NCBI RefSeq assembly: GCF_013177435.1
Contig: NZ_CP053627.1
Location: 300,001 to 332,000, forward strand
Origin: Xylella taiwanensis
Lineage (GTDB): Bacteria; Pseudomonadota; Gammaproteobacteria; Xanthomonadales; Xanthomonadaceae
DNA length: 32,000 nt
Direction of reading: 5' to 3'
Below the pieces are notes generated by a model, which was given only the letters and a program-made list of their open reading frames with translations, searched no databases and was not told the origin of the DNA. Numbering within the stretch: the stretch's first letter is position 1; the number at the start of each line of letters is the position of its first letter. The translations under genes were made by a program, and so were the position numbers. This document shows positions 1 to 10,364 of the stretch, in pieces.

Positions 1-953
1 ACGTCACGGCGCAACACCACTCCTGCCTTTGGGTGATATACGAACACGATTGCACTGCTGTGATTCACGCCCGGTACCATTGCTGGCAGTGGTACTGAGA
101 GCGCTGGCGCAGCGGCGGCAGACAGTGCCAATAACAGCGTGTCGCCACTGCGCAGTGGCGTCGTCGTCTCTGTCACATCGAAGATGGCCTGCACGCTGGC
201 ACCGTTTTCCAAGCGTGGAGACACGCTGCGCAAGCGCAGCGAGATACTTGCTTGCGGTGTATCGGTGCGATTTCCTTGGAACACCCTGTCTGGATTCAGC
301 CCCTGGGCAATATTGGCTGGTAGGGTGGCCACTGCTTGCAGACGACCTTGCCCTTCCATCTGTAATACAGTCTGACCCGCACCAGTATCGGCTTGCGGTT
401 GTAAGAGGCGTGCGACGACACTGCCATCGAATGGTGCACGCAGTTCGCTTTGGTGCACTGCGCGTCTGGCCAATGCGTGATTGGACTCGGCCACGTGCAG
501 ATCTGCCTGCGCAGTGTCTAACGCGACTTGTGCGCTAGTCAGCGTCGCCTGGGAGATCATCGCCTCTTTGAACAACGCTTGCTGCTGATTCAGTTGGGTT
601 TGGCGTTCGTGCAACTGTGCGGTAGCGGCACGTAAGGTTGCTTCTGCCTGTTGCAGCCTTAGTCGCACTGGTTCTGGGTCCAGGCGGGCTAGGACTTGTT
701 CATGGCGCACACGGTCGCCGACGTCGACGTTAATGGCAGCAATCCGCCCGCCGTTTTCGAATGCCAGATCTGCACGTTGTTCCTGACGTATGCTGGCTAC
801 AAACTGAGTCTTGGCGAGATTTTCGGTACCAACAGTCTCCAGTTTTACGGTGCGCAGAAGGGCTGTTTTCGGTTTTGGGTCGCCGTCGCAGCTGCTTAAC
901 GTCATGACCCCAAGCGTGATGGACATCGTCAGAGTCAGGATTTTGTTCTTCAC
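1..953 (-). CDS. Efflux transporter periplasmic adaptor (membrane-fusion protein, HlyD/RND-MFP family) lipoprotein; C-terminal end lies outside the window
   Basis: Own translation of the minus strand. The frame is open from GTG at 953 (GGAG 5 nt upstream) to the window edge; it is absent from the ORF track because no stop is reached. The N-terminus VKNKILTLTMSITLGVMTLSSC is a signal peptide plus lipobox. It is followed by VKLETVGTENLAKTQFVASIRQEQRADLAFENGGRIAAINVDVGDRV and a coiled-coil stretch LRLQQAEATLRAATAQLHERQTQLNQQQALF, both typical of MFP adaptors. Confidence 0.8.
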   Translation of the reverse strand, partial: MKNKILTLTMSITLGVMTLSSCDGDPKPKTALLRTVKLETVGTENLAKTQFVASIRQEQRADLAFENGGRIAAINVDVGDRVRHEQVLARLDPEPVRLRLQQAEATLRAATAQLHERQTQLNQQQALFKEAMISQATLTSAQVALDTAQADLHVAESNHALARRAVHQSELRAPFDGSVVARLLQPQADTGAGQTVLQMEGQGRLQAVATLPANIAQGLNPDRVFQGNRTDTPQASISLRLRSVSPRLENGASVQAIFDVTETTTPLRSGDTLLLALSAAAAPALSVPLPAMVPGVNHSSAIVFVYHPKAGVVLRRD

Positions 954-1784
954 AAGGTATCTCCGGCCGTGCTGCCGACCTATCAAAGGTATGTGGTGAG
1001 CGAAATAGTGATAACAATGCTGGTGCGGTGGCATCAGGATTCGGCTGCCGGTGACGTTGTCGATATGCAAAGTTCCGGTCAGTTCCACAGTGTTCGATGC
1101 GTGTTTGGTGAATGGCTGATCGCGTGTCACTCTGAGTGACCACATGCATACAGATCAGCGATGGATTGACGCTTAATACACTGAAGCAGTGGGTTCTTTT
1201 TTTGGAATTCCCCCAAAGTAAACGGTGATCGCCACAGTTGACCAAAGAGGTGTCCATTCCCGAATCCATTGCGTTACCCTCGGGGTTGCATCACTAAAAC
1301 CTGTCTTTGGCATGGCAACACGTTGCAGCGAGCGATGGTGTGCATCAGGGATTAAGCGTTGGTGTCAGTAGTAGCCATGGAGTCGCTTGGTATCAGTATG
1401 GAACATGGGGGCGCCAATGCTTGTATGTTACCAGTGTTGCTGGGTGTGCCTGAATCCGGTGGCCGGCGAACGTTGTTCTGCTATTGGTCTAGGTTGTTGT
1501 GGAAAGTGTTTGACAAATATTAGGTTGTGCGGAATCAGGATGCGCGCGCCTGCATCTAGATGTGAATTGATTCTGGTGCGCCGATACTTCAGGTGCGCGC
1601 CATTCTGACGGTGGCGCGCCTGGGTGTGGCGATCTTCAGGACACACGGAGGTCGGCTGAATGTCCACAATCTTGAGGGTAGCAGTCTGTTCGTGGCGATT
1701 CAGTTGCCGCTGTCACGCTGACCCCCATCTGTGCTTACGTGATAGGCACTGCATGCGTGTTGTGTTGTTAACGTGGCTCAACTG

Positions 1785-2986
1785 CTGTGCAGGCGTCCTG
1801 TGCTTGGTATCTCTGCGGCGCGAACACACATCACCCAGTTAAACAGCGGTGTCGCCATCAATGTGGAGAGGATCGCCATCAGCACAGAATCGAGAACAGG
1901 CCCTGTTCGATCACATCAGCTTGCAATCCGATATTGATGATCATCAGTTCCATCAGTCCACGTGTGTTTAGCAGCGCACCAATGGCGATTGTTTTGTGAT
2001 GGTTCTCGCCGCTCAGGCGCGCGGCTCCCCAGCAGGCCACACCTTTGCCGAGCAACGAGACAGCCAAAACCACGATCCCGGCCAGCAAGATCTTGGTTGC
2101 AGCAGCACGCTCAGCTCGGTTTTTAGGCCGGAATAAGTGAAGAACATTGGCAGCAGGAACGCCACCACGAACGGCTACAGCAACGCGCACACTGTTTCGA
2201 TCAGCACTGCTAGGCATGTAGACACCGAGTATGAAACCGCGGAATACGGCATGGATGCCGCTGGCGTCCATCGCCCAAGCACTGTGACAGAACAGCACCA
2301 GTACCACGACCAGCTTGCTCGTGCCCAGCGGTTGCGCTGGATCTACTTTCTCCATCAGATGCTGTAGCGCATGATGGCCAATCCATAACATGAATAATGC
2401 ATACGCAATGCTGCTGCCGATCGCCAGATAAGCATAACTCCAACTGCCGTTGAAGCTGGCGAGTACTATCGCCAGGACGCACCAGGCGGCAGCGTCATCG
2501 AATGCGCCAGCAGTCAGCGCCATGGTGCCTAGCGAACTGGTCGTAAGGCCAGGTTCGTGGATGATGCATGTCAGCATCGTGAACGTGGTCAACGCAACGG
2601 ACGTGCCCAGGAACAGTGAGGCTTCCAGCAATCCGGCCTTGCCCGAGAACACCCCTTCGGTATGCAGCAGCCATGAGCATAGCGGGATCACTCACCGGAA
2701 CGTAGCGACGATGCCTGCTAGGGAGACGCTTATTGCGCTGCGCATGTGCGAGCGGACATGTTCACTGTGGAAATCGGTACTGACCAGGAACATGTACAGC
2801 CCGACTCCGCATTGAACGAGCACGTACAGTACATCCAAGGTGTCCTTCGGCAATCATGTTGTTTGCAACTCAGGCACGAGCCTACCCGAATAGCGACGGC
2901 CCAAGGGCGACACCACCGATCATTTCACCGACCATCCGTGACTGGTCGCAACGTCGTATCAGCAGACCAGTAGGGTGAGTGCTCAT
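1785..2986 (-). pseudogene. Decayed cation:proton antiporter (CPA2 / Kef-type Na+/H+ exchanger family)
   Basis: ORF 1879..2691 has CPA2-like TM motifs (AFDDAAAWCVLAIVLA, LLNTRGLMELMIINIGL). Own translation upstream on the same strand gives MSTHPTGLLIRRCDQSRMVGEMIGGVALGPSLFG-stop, then DVLYVLVQCGVGLYMFLVSTDF...-stop. The centre of the 270-aa ORF reads out of family register (VYMPSSADRNSVRVAVAVRGG). The C-terminal LMAILSTLMATPLFNWV continues in another frame to about 1785. There are several frame breaks or in-frame stops. Confidence 0.7.
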
Positions 2987-3473
2987 GATCTGTGGGTACT
3001 CCATGAATAGAGAAGGGGCGGATCATCATCAGGGTGATTGCTGTTGGATGGTGACAATCGACGCAATTTTGAGATGAAGCACTTGATGTTGTTTACATAG
3101 GTGCAACTGAGGGCAGCCAGGATCTGCTCCTAATCGCTTGAACAGGTCGCAATTGGGTTTGATTCTGGTCAGCGTGATACGGATTCCACCGGTGTAAGCA
3201 CCAGCGTCTGAAAATCAACACGGAAGTTGGTCAGTGGAGACACCGCTTACATGGGCGCTTGATGCACTTTGTGCTTGGAAACCATGTCAAATTGACACAG
3301 ATGGCGGTGTTGTATCTAAGGTGGCTCTGATGTGCGGTGCAAGCCGTGTACTGCCAAAGCTCCAGCGTGCCCAAGGCGTGGTGTAGTTTTGGAGCATCCC
3401 AGGCGCAGAGGTTTGCTTTCCTGGAGGATCACGATCTTGCCGTATTGCGGGCCTGGATGGCAGCAGTGACCGT

Positions 3474-3737
3474 TTAGATTTCTGATGATGTGCGTTTTGA
3501 TGCTGATTCCAGGTGGCGTTGGCGGTGTTCTTCGTTTAAGCCATTGGCTGTGGCATAGGCAACGCTCCCGTCAGTTGCGGGTGCATTGAGGAAGGCGTCT
3601 GGCATTGGCAGTGTTAATGCGTTGTAGGCGGCACTCACTTCCTCGGTGGTCAGCACGATCACATGCCGTTTCTGGCCTAACACCCTTGCGACCCTCGGCT
3701 TTTTTGACGTTACCGCACACATGGCCGGCTGAGGCAA
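3474..3737 (-). CDS. Hypothetical small protein; family not recognised, weak resemblance to Phd/YefM-type antitoxins only
   Basis: An 87-aa ORF in the track. An overlapping alternative frame (3571..3765) suggests possible frame damage. No clear RBS. Confidence 0.25.
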   Translation of the reverse strand: MPQPAMCAVTSKKPRVARVLGQKRHVIVLTTEEVSAAYNALTLPMPDAFLNAPATDGSVAYATANGLNEEHRQRHLESASKRTSSEI

Positions 3738-3780
3738 GGCGATCTGGAGTCAGTGTGTTGCTCACCTAGGGTGGCGTGGT

Positions 3781-4728
3781 GTGGCAAGAGCACAGTGCAT
3801 GGATGATTTCGGCGACAATACACCGATGCTGATCTCTTCCCCGGCGCGCACGGCGCAATTGCAAATTCATATCTGCGTCCTGCTCTGGGGGTTTACTGCG
3901 ATCTTTGGCAAGTTGATCACTTTGGAAGCGCTGCCGCTGGTGTGGTGGCGGATGGCGATCGTCGTTGCTTCACTGCTGCTGCTGCCGCGCGTGTGGCGTG
4001 GTCTGCGCGTGCTACATCCGCGTGTGATCCTTGCTTACAGCGGTATCGGCGCATTGGTGGCGTTGCACTGGCTGGCTTTTTATAGCGCGGTCAAATTAGC
4101 TAATGCCTCGGTGGCCGCGACGTGCATTGCGTTGGCACCGGTGTTTACTTCCGTGGTGGAACCTTGTGTCGTACGGCGGCCGTTTCAGTTACGCGAGTTG
4201 CTGTTGGGGTTGATGGTGTTACCGGGTGTCGTGCTCGTGGTGGGTGGTGTCCCCGATGGCATGCGTATTGGCGTTTTCGTTGGTGTGGTGGCGGCGTTAT
4301 TAGCGGCTTTGTTCGGTTCGCTCAATAAACGTATGGTGGCGCACGCTGATCCGTTGACTGTCACCGCATTGGAGCTGGGTGCGGGCATCCTGCTCCTGAC
4401 AGGATTGGTACCGCTGCTGTCGTTTGTGTTCCCGACGCTGCATGGCGTGCCGTGGCAATTGCCCAATGCACATGACATTTCCCTGTTGCTCATATTGTCA
4501 TTTGCGTGCACCCTGCTGCCTTTTGCGTTGTCGCTAGTTGCACTGCGTTATCTCAGTGCCTATTCGCTCCAGTTGGTGACTAACCTGGAACCGGTCTACG
4601 CGATCGCACTGGCGATTGGTTTGCTCGGTGAGCAGCGCGAATTGACAGGTCTGTTTTACTTAGGAGTGGCGATTGTTCTTGGCGTGGTTTTCTTACACCC
4701 GATGTTAGAGCGGCGCATTCGTCCCTAG
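3781..4728 (+). CDS. DMT superfamily (EamA-like) inner-membrane permease, about 10 TM segments
   Basis: A 315-aa ORF. Hydrophobic helices repeat throughout and the two-halves architecture is typical of EamA (WGFTAIFGKL..., LANASVAATCIALAPVFTSVV..., YLSAYSLQLVTNLEPVYAIALAIGLLGE). The start is uncertain: GTG 3781, ATG 3799 or ATG 3826. Confidence 0.85.
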   Translation: MARAQCMDDFGDNTPMLISSPARTAQLQIHICVLLWGFTAIFGKLITLEALPLVWWRMAIVVASLLLLPRVWRGLRVLHPRVILAYSGIGALVALHWLAFYSAVKLANASVAATCIALAPVFTSVVEPCVVRRPFQLRELLLGLMVLPGVVLVVGGVPDGMRIGVFVGVVAALLAALFGSLNKRMVAHADPLTVTALELGAGILLLTGLVPLLSFVFPTLHGVPWQLPNAHDISLLLILSFACTLLPFALSLVALRYLSAYSLQLVTNLEPVYAIALAIGLLGEQRELTGLFYLGVAIVLGVVFLHPMLERRIRP

Positions 4729-5888
4729 TATCCGCAGCAGATCATTACTAAGACTAGGAACAGCAGAGATTCAGTGCAGGTGCCTGGTGTGGATATTGTC
4801 CGGTCCGGACCGCACTCTGCTTGTGCCTGCTGTACCTGTTCTGATACAGCGTCAGGTTGGTATGTGCAGTGCTGCTGCTTGTGATTGACTTGCAATGATA
4901 GGGAAAAAATAAGCAGTGCTCTATGTTGAGTCACATTTCAGGTGGTACCGTTCGGTTTAATACGTGTCTACATTTGATAAAAAACGTCTGGCCATTGTGG
5001 TGAGTGACGCTACTCGTTTTACCGCGCACATGTCGTAGCGCGAACCGTTCTGGCAACACGGCATAAATTTTTAAGCCTCACCGTGTCAGCGATTGATGCT
5101 CTAGAAGCCGACGCTATCCAGTAGCGTTATGACGATCATCTCCCTATTACATGGGATAACGGCCATTGAGGTTCACTGTGTTGTCGAACGTGTATTGCTG
5201 TGCAGTGTTCAGCAGGTCCTGCGGCTAGCAATATCCAGATGTGAATACCTAAGGTTGACGTTATTGAGATGTTCGTGGAGGTACGGTGATCGAACGTTGT
5301 TGCCAGCAGCGGGTTGTGGAAGGTGCAGTCGTAGTGCGAACAGTATTCAGACACTGTATTGAGCCATCTTTACGGTATGCGTACAGTGTCATGGTCTTGT
5401 CCGGGATATGTACTTCGCGTGCTGTCGCTTTCAGGAATGCCTCAATCATTGGTTGATTTACCGTACTAGATACTGCTTCTTATTGTGCTGCTCAGTGCGC
5501 AGGATCTTGTTGAAGATGCCGCTGTCGCTGCTGATCAGAATCAGTCTCTTCACACCCTTGTCTAGCGTTCCCGTTGGGAAAATGTGCTCCTCATGACTGC
5601 AGAAGCCGATGCTGGTGTTCTTAACAGCATGTTCGGTGGTGTGCGTCATGAGAAGCGGCATTCTGTCATGCGGTGTCGATAGCGCGTGTCACATGTGTGA
5701 GGGAGGCGCCCATGCATGGGTTATGCGGTGGCTTCCTGGGCAACGGCCAAGTACGCCGATACTGACCATTACACCGTTAACGGTGATGCGTGTTTGCCGA
5801 GCATGTGACAGGAGTACAAGCCGGTTGCAGCGATGTGCTGGTGCAGTTGGGGCGGCCACCGTCAGATGATCTGCGCTAAGGAGGGAGT

Positions 5889-6083
5889 ATGTCCTCAATT
5901 GAACATCGAGCGCTCATGGAACGTGCTGCCACCCACGCTGTATCAAGGTTTGGTATTGCAACAACCTTCGATTGCGTAACGTTTGGAACATCAATGTATC
6001 GCAGCGGCAGACAATTCTTAGGTCGTCGTCTATTGCAGCGTGCCAGGTCGGTGTTACGTGATGCCGAAGTGGGCTGGTTTTAA
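5889..6083 (+). CDS. Hypothetical small basic protein (64 aa)
   Basis: ATG preceded by a very strong Shine-Dalgarno (AAGGAGGGAGT-ATG). No recognisable family. Lies in a low-coding, AT-richer gap. Confidence 0.3.
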   Translation: MSSIEHRALMERAATHAVSRFGIATTFDCVTFGTSMYRSGRQFLGRRLLQRARSVLRDAEVGWF

Positions 6084-6278
6084 GAGGAAGGAAGCTGAAC
6101 ATGCGTGCTTTGATGCAGGAGGTGTTTCCCTTGATATGTGGGCATCTCAATGTAGCCCCTTAAGGGGCCACTCGCATGCAACGCTAACGCTCTAAAACAT
6201 GGCTGGTAGCCAGCATGGCGCCCATGGAAGACCTGCGGGTGGGCGCGCCCGGGTGTTATTACTGCTACCGAACAGGAT

Positions 6279-8102
6279 TCAACCGCCGTATGGTGGTCTT
6301 GGTTTGGCTGATTTGTTGTGTTGTGGCCTGGGCGTGAATTTACCAGCGCCAACTGGTTTGGGCTTGAATTCTCGGACAGGCGCGATTGTTTCGGTTGCGT
6401 CGATCCGACGCATTTGGAGTTGCTGTCCGGAGACCCAGACCTTCTTGAGGTGCTGCAGGATCTCGCGTGGCATCTCTGCGGGGAGATCCAGAATCGAATG
6501 GTCGTCACGGATGTCGATCCGGCCAATGTAGCGGCTCTCCAATCCAGCTTCGTTGGCAATGGCGCCGACGATATTGGCTGGCTTCACGCCGTGTATGCGG
6601 CCGACTTCGATCCGGTAAGACTCCATACCGAACTCCGGGGTGTTGCGTGATGCTGCGGTGCGCTGGGGACGCTTGGCGTGTTCAGTGTGGTTGGGGCGCT
6701 CTGGACGCTTGAACGATGAGGAGCGTTTGCCATGCTCGGATGACTCGTTGCGCTCGCGTGGGGGGCGTGCCGGCGCACTCAACAGGAACGGGCTATCCCC
6801 CTGAAGCAGTCGCGCCAGGGCGGCCGCGATCTCGATAGCCGGTACATTGTGTTCACTTTCGAAACGTTGCAGCAGCTTGCGGTAGAAGTCGATTTCATCG
6901 CCGGCTACCAGAGCATTGCTGATGCGCCCGAAAAATTTGGCCACGCGGGTGTCGTTGACTGCATCCACGCTGGGCAGTTGCATGGCTTCAATCGGTTGAT
7001 GAGTGGCACGTTCGATCTGGCGCAGCATGCCTTTTTCGCGTGGCGTCACGAAGAGAATCGCTTCGCCGCTGCGGCCGGCACGGCCAGTGCGTCCGATGCG
7101 ATGGACGTAACTCTCAACGTCGTAAGGAATGTCGTAGTTCAGCACGTGGCTGATACGTTCCACGTCCAAACCGCGTGCGGCTACGTCGGTGGCAACGAGG
7201 ATATCGAGCTTGCCATCCTTGAGTTGGTGAATGGTGCGCTCGCGTTGCATCTGTTGCATGTCGCCGTTGATCGCTGCGGCGGCCAAGCCACGTGCTTGCA
7301 ATTTCTCGGCTAATTCTTCGGTGGCGGCTTTAGTGCGCACGAAGATGATCATCGCGTCGAACGTCTCCACCTCAAGAATGCGTGTGAGCGCGTCTAGCTT
7401 GTGCAGGCCGCTCACCCACCAGTAACGTTGCCGGATATTGGCCGCGGTCGTGGTTTTAGTGGCGATAGTGACTTCGATCGGGTCGTGTAGATAGGTTTGC
7501 GCGATGCGGCGGATCTGTGGCGGCATGGTGGCCGAAAACAGCGCTACCTGACGTGACACGGGCAACTTCTGTAGCACGGCTTCAACGTCTTCGATGAAAC
7601 CCATACGCAGCATTTCATCGGCTTCGTCGAGCACCAGCGTTTTCAGTTCGGACAGATCCAGGGTGCCGCGCTCCAGGTGATCGATCACCCGGCCAGGAGT
7701 GCCGACGACCACATGCACACCGCGTTTCAGTGCGGCCAGTTGCTGGCCATAGGATTGGCCGCCGTACACCGGTAGCACGCGGAAGCCAGAGATCGCTGCG
7801 GCATAGCGCTGGAATGCCTCGGCGACTTGGATGGCCAGCTCGCGGGTAGGTGCCAGCACGAGCACTTGCGGCTTGGTCTGAGTCAGCGCGGTGCGTGTCA
7901 GTAACGGGAGCGCGAATGCGGCGGTCTTGCCGGTACCGGTCTGCGCTTGGCCGAGCACGTCGCGTCCAGCCAGCAATGCCGGGATGGTTGCCGCCTGGAT
8001 GGGCGACGGAGTTTCATAACCGACTTTGGTCACGGCTTGCATGACAGCGTCAGAGAGACCGAGATCTGCAAACAGCAGCGGCGTAGGGGATGGGTTTGAC
8101 AT
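6279..8102 (-). CDS. deaD: ATP-dependent DEAD-box RNA helicase DeaD/CsdA
   Basis: Q-motif and motif I (GYETPSPIQ...AQTGTGKTAAF), motif II VLDEADEML, SAT, and HRIGRTGRAG. A C-terminal DbpA-like RNA-binding domain (YRIEVGRIHGVKPANIVGAIANEAGL) is followed by a basic tail. The preferred start is ATG 8102 (MSNPSPTPLLFADLGL), with GGAG 6 nt upstream. The track ORF extends to 8189. Confidence 0.95.
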   Translation of the reverse strand: MSNPSPTPLLFADLGLSDAVMQAVTKVGYETPSPIQAATIPALLAGRDVLGQAQTGTGKTAAFALPLLTRTALTQTKPQVLVLAPTRELAIQVAEAFQRYAAAISGFRVLPVYGGQSYGQQLAALKRGVHVVVGTPGRVIDHLERGTLDLSELKTLVLDEADEMLRMGFIEDVEAVLQKLPVSRQVALFSATMPPQIRRIAQTYLHDPIEVTIATKTTTAANIRQRYWWVSGLHKLDALTRILEVETFDAMIIFVRTKAATEELAEKLQARGLAAAAINGDMQQMQRERTIHQLKDGKLDILVATDVAARGLDVERISHVLNYDIPYDVESYVHRIGRTGRAGRSGEAILFVTPREKGMLRQIERATHQPIEAMQLPSVDAVNDTRVAKFFGRISNALVAGDEIDFYRKLLQRFESEHNVPAIEIAAALARLLQGDSPFLLSAPARPPRERNESSEHGKRSSSFKRPERPNHTEHAKRPQRTAASRNTPEFGMESYRIEVGRIHGVKPANIVGAIANEAGLESRYIGRIDIRDDHSILDLPAEMPREILQHLKKVWVSGQQLQMRRIDATETIAPVREFKPKPVGAGKFTPRPQHNKSAKPRPPYGG

Positions 8103-8457
8103 AGGAACTCCGGAGACGCCGCTGCAACTGAGCGGGATCAGGGGGCCGATATTGTGCGCTTTATGTAGGCTGTTGTCGAAAAAGTTCACGAGAGGTTGGT
8201 TCAGGTGTGAGTGTTGCTCGTAATGCTTGCAAGCACGGTGTTCTCACACTTTAGCCTTTTCATTCCCCGTCGCTGCGATGGATCCCTTCGACCTGAATGC
8301 AATTCTAAAGAGGTGACATCTTGCTCTGGCCGATGCAAGAGCACATGAAAGCCACGTTTGGGAAGACATGCCGTGGCTCATTCATGTGGCTCATTCATAT
8401 TGTTGCAACGTAGGAGACTCCAGACTTCGTGTACGCCTGTTCTGGGAACCTACTTAT

Positions 8458-9405
8458 TTAGTGTAGGGCCATGTTCAGTTCCGGGATCAGCTGGAACAGG
8501 TCGCCGACTAAACCGATGTCGGCGATCTCGAAGATCGGTGCGTCGGCGTCCTGATTGATGGCGACGATGGTGCCGGCGTCCTTGATGCCCGTCAGGTGTT
8601 GGATCGCACCGCTGATGCCGATCGCGATGTACAAATCCGGGGCGATGATCTTGCCGGTTTGGCCGATTTGCAGCTCGTTTGGCACGTAACCGGCGTCTAC
8701 CGCCGCGCGTGAAGCACCGACGGCTGCGCCGAGTGTATCGGCGAGTGCATAGATCAATTGGAAGTTTTCCATGCAGCCAAGGCCACGGCCACCAGACACC
8801 ACACGTTTGGCGTTTTGCAGGTCTGGACGGTCATAGGTGTGCGCATCCAGGCTAACGAAACGGGTGTGGTCCGGTAAATGTGCCGAGACTTTGACGGCTT
8901 CTAGGGTGGCGTTGCCGCCTTTGGCGGCTTCTGGCCATGACGCAGTGCGCACGGTGGCGACGACGATCTGATCGGAAGGTGCTTTAACAGTGATGATCGC
9001 ATTGCCGGCGTAGATGGCCCGGCTGAAGGTGTAGGCGTCTTGCGCGTTCATCAGCTCCGAAATTTGGTTGACGCCGAGCAGCGCAGCCACGACAGGCATC
9101 AAGTCCTTGCCAAAGGTTGTTGAGGGGCCGAACACATGGGTGTAGCTGTTGGTCTGGACGAGGGCGGCAATCTGTGGAGCCAGCACGTGTGCCATCGGGT
9201 GCATGTTGGCAGCGTCGGCAATGGTGAGCACGCGTGCCACCCCCGCGATCTGTGCGGCTTGCGCGGCTACGCTGTCCGGGATGGCGGCCAGCACCGCGAT
9301 ATCGATTGCCTCGGGTGATAACGCCTGCGCCGCACTGACAGTCTTAGCCGTGGCGGCGTTGAGTTGGCCGTCCCAGTGTTCGGCGATGACGAGAATCTTG
9401 ATCAT
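8458..9405 (-). CDS. etfA: Electron transfer flavoprotein subunit alpha
   Basis: A 315-aa ORF with the C-terminal FAD-binding signature ([49 protein letters not shown]). Its start overlaps the etfB stop by 4 nt (ATGA), indicating translational coupling. Confidence 0.95.
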   Translation of the reverse strand: MIKILVIAEHWDGQLNAATAKTVSAAQALSPEAIDIAVLAAIPDSVAAQAAQIAGVARVLTIADAANMHPMAHVLAPQIAALVQTNSYTHVFGPSTTFGKDLMPVVAALLGVNQISELMNAQDAYTFSRAIYAGNAIITVKAPSDQIVVATVRTASWPEAAKGGNATLEAVKVSAHLPDHTRFVSLDAHTYDRPDLQNAKRVVSGGRGLGCMENFQLIYALADTLGAAVGASRAAVDAGYVPNELQIGQTGKIIAPDLYIAIGISGAIQHLTGIKDAGTIVAINQDADAPIFEIADIGLVGDLFQLIPELNMALH

Positions 9406-10151
9406 GACAGCAGCCCTTTGTTCTTGAGGACGGCCACCAATTCGGTGGCGTTCTTTACCATCACACCCTGCTTGCGCTTGGGCGGCGGAGCGTAATGGAT
9501 GGTTTCCAGGCTATCGTGCGCGTCCACGCCAAGATCGGCGAAGGCAATGGTTTCCAGTGGTTTGCTCTTGGCTTTCATGATGTCGGGTAGCTTGATAAAG
9601 CGTGGGTCGTTCAGGCGCAGGTCAGCCGTGATCACTGCCGGCAAGTCAATTTCCAGCGTTTCCAGGCCAGCATCGACCTCGCGAATCACAGTGGCTTTGC
9701 CATCAGTGATGGTCACCTTTGAGGCGAAGGTGGCCTGCGGCCGTCCCCACAGTGTGGCCAACATCTGGCCGGTTTGGTTGGCATCGTCGTCGATGGCTTG
9801 CTTGCCCAGGATCACCAGTGCCGGTTGTTCCTTCTCAACCAGCTTGAGCAGGGTGCGCGCAGCGGTAAGGGGTTGTATGGCGGCATTGGTAACGACGTGG
9901 ATGGCACGGTTGGCCCCCATCGCTAGCCCGTTGCGCAGGTGTGCAGTGACGTCGCTCGGAGCGAGTGTGGCGATCACCACTTCGCTGGCGATACCTGCGT
10001 CACGCAGGCGTAGTGCCTCTTCAAGGGCGATTTCGTCGAAAGGATTGGCCGAAACTTTAACGCCGTCTGTCATCACGCCAGATCCATCGGGTTTGACCTG
10101 GATGCGGACGTTATAGTCGACCACGCGCTTATAGGCGACGAGGATTTTCAT
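9402..10151 (-). CDS. etfB: Electron transfer flavoprotein subunit beta
   Basis: A 249-aa ORF, MKILVAYKRVVDYNVRIQVKPDGSGV...NPFDEIALEEALRL, a typical EtfB N-terminus. Forms an operon with etfA. Confidence 0.95.
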   Translation of the reverse strand: MKILVAYKRVVDYNVRIQVKPDGSGVMTDGVKVSANPFDEIALEEALRLRDAGIASEVVIATLAPSDVTAHLRNGLAMGANRAIHVVTNAAIQPLTAARTLLKLVEKEQPALVILGKQAIDDDANQTGQMLATLWGRPQATFASKVTITDGKATVIREVDAGLETLEIDLPAVITADLRLNDPRFIKLPDIMKAKSKPLETIAFADLGVDAHDSLETIHYAPPPKRKQGVMVKNATELVAVLKNKGLLS

Positions 10152-10364
10152 TGTTTGGAGATCCTGGAACTGATGCGTGGAAGTCAGGTTGCGGCGGTGG
10201 GTACCTGGAAGTGTGCCAATTCTACGGGCGACGTGGTGTCATGTGATTGTGTCAATCGATTGGAGTGGCTGGAGCTCAACCGGCGGAGGATGTGACCGGG
10301 GTATCCTATGGTGTTCGACGATCCCTGTCAGGTGCAGGGATGTGGTGCCTGATGGAGAATGTGA

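Noticed and set aside
730..1269. 179-aa minus-strand ORF and several plus-strand ORFs (29..538, 139..375, 696..899)
   Set aside because: They overlap, out of frame, the well-supported MFP lipoprotein gene (1..953) or run into its upstream region. Their compositions are low-complexity Arg/Cys/Ser-rich, typical of off-frame GC-rich DNA.
5136..5661. Three consecutive minus-strand ORFs with a hint of a NYN/LabA-like motif (KRLILISSDSGIFNKIL, compare ..vSsDsDF..L)
   Set aside because: The resemblance rests on one short motif spread over broken frames. That is insufficient to call a pseudogene.
8372..8397. 13-bp tandem duplication ((C/T)GTGGCTCATTCA x2) and a weak 6-bp-stem hairpin downstream of etfA
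   Set aside because: It is too short and isolated to interpret. It is possibly part of a weak terminator, with no further support.
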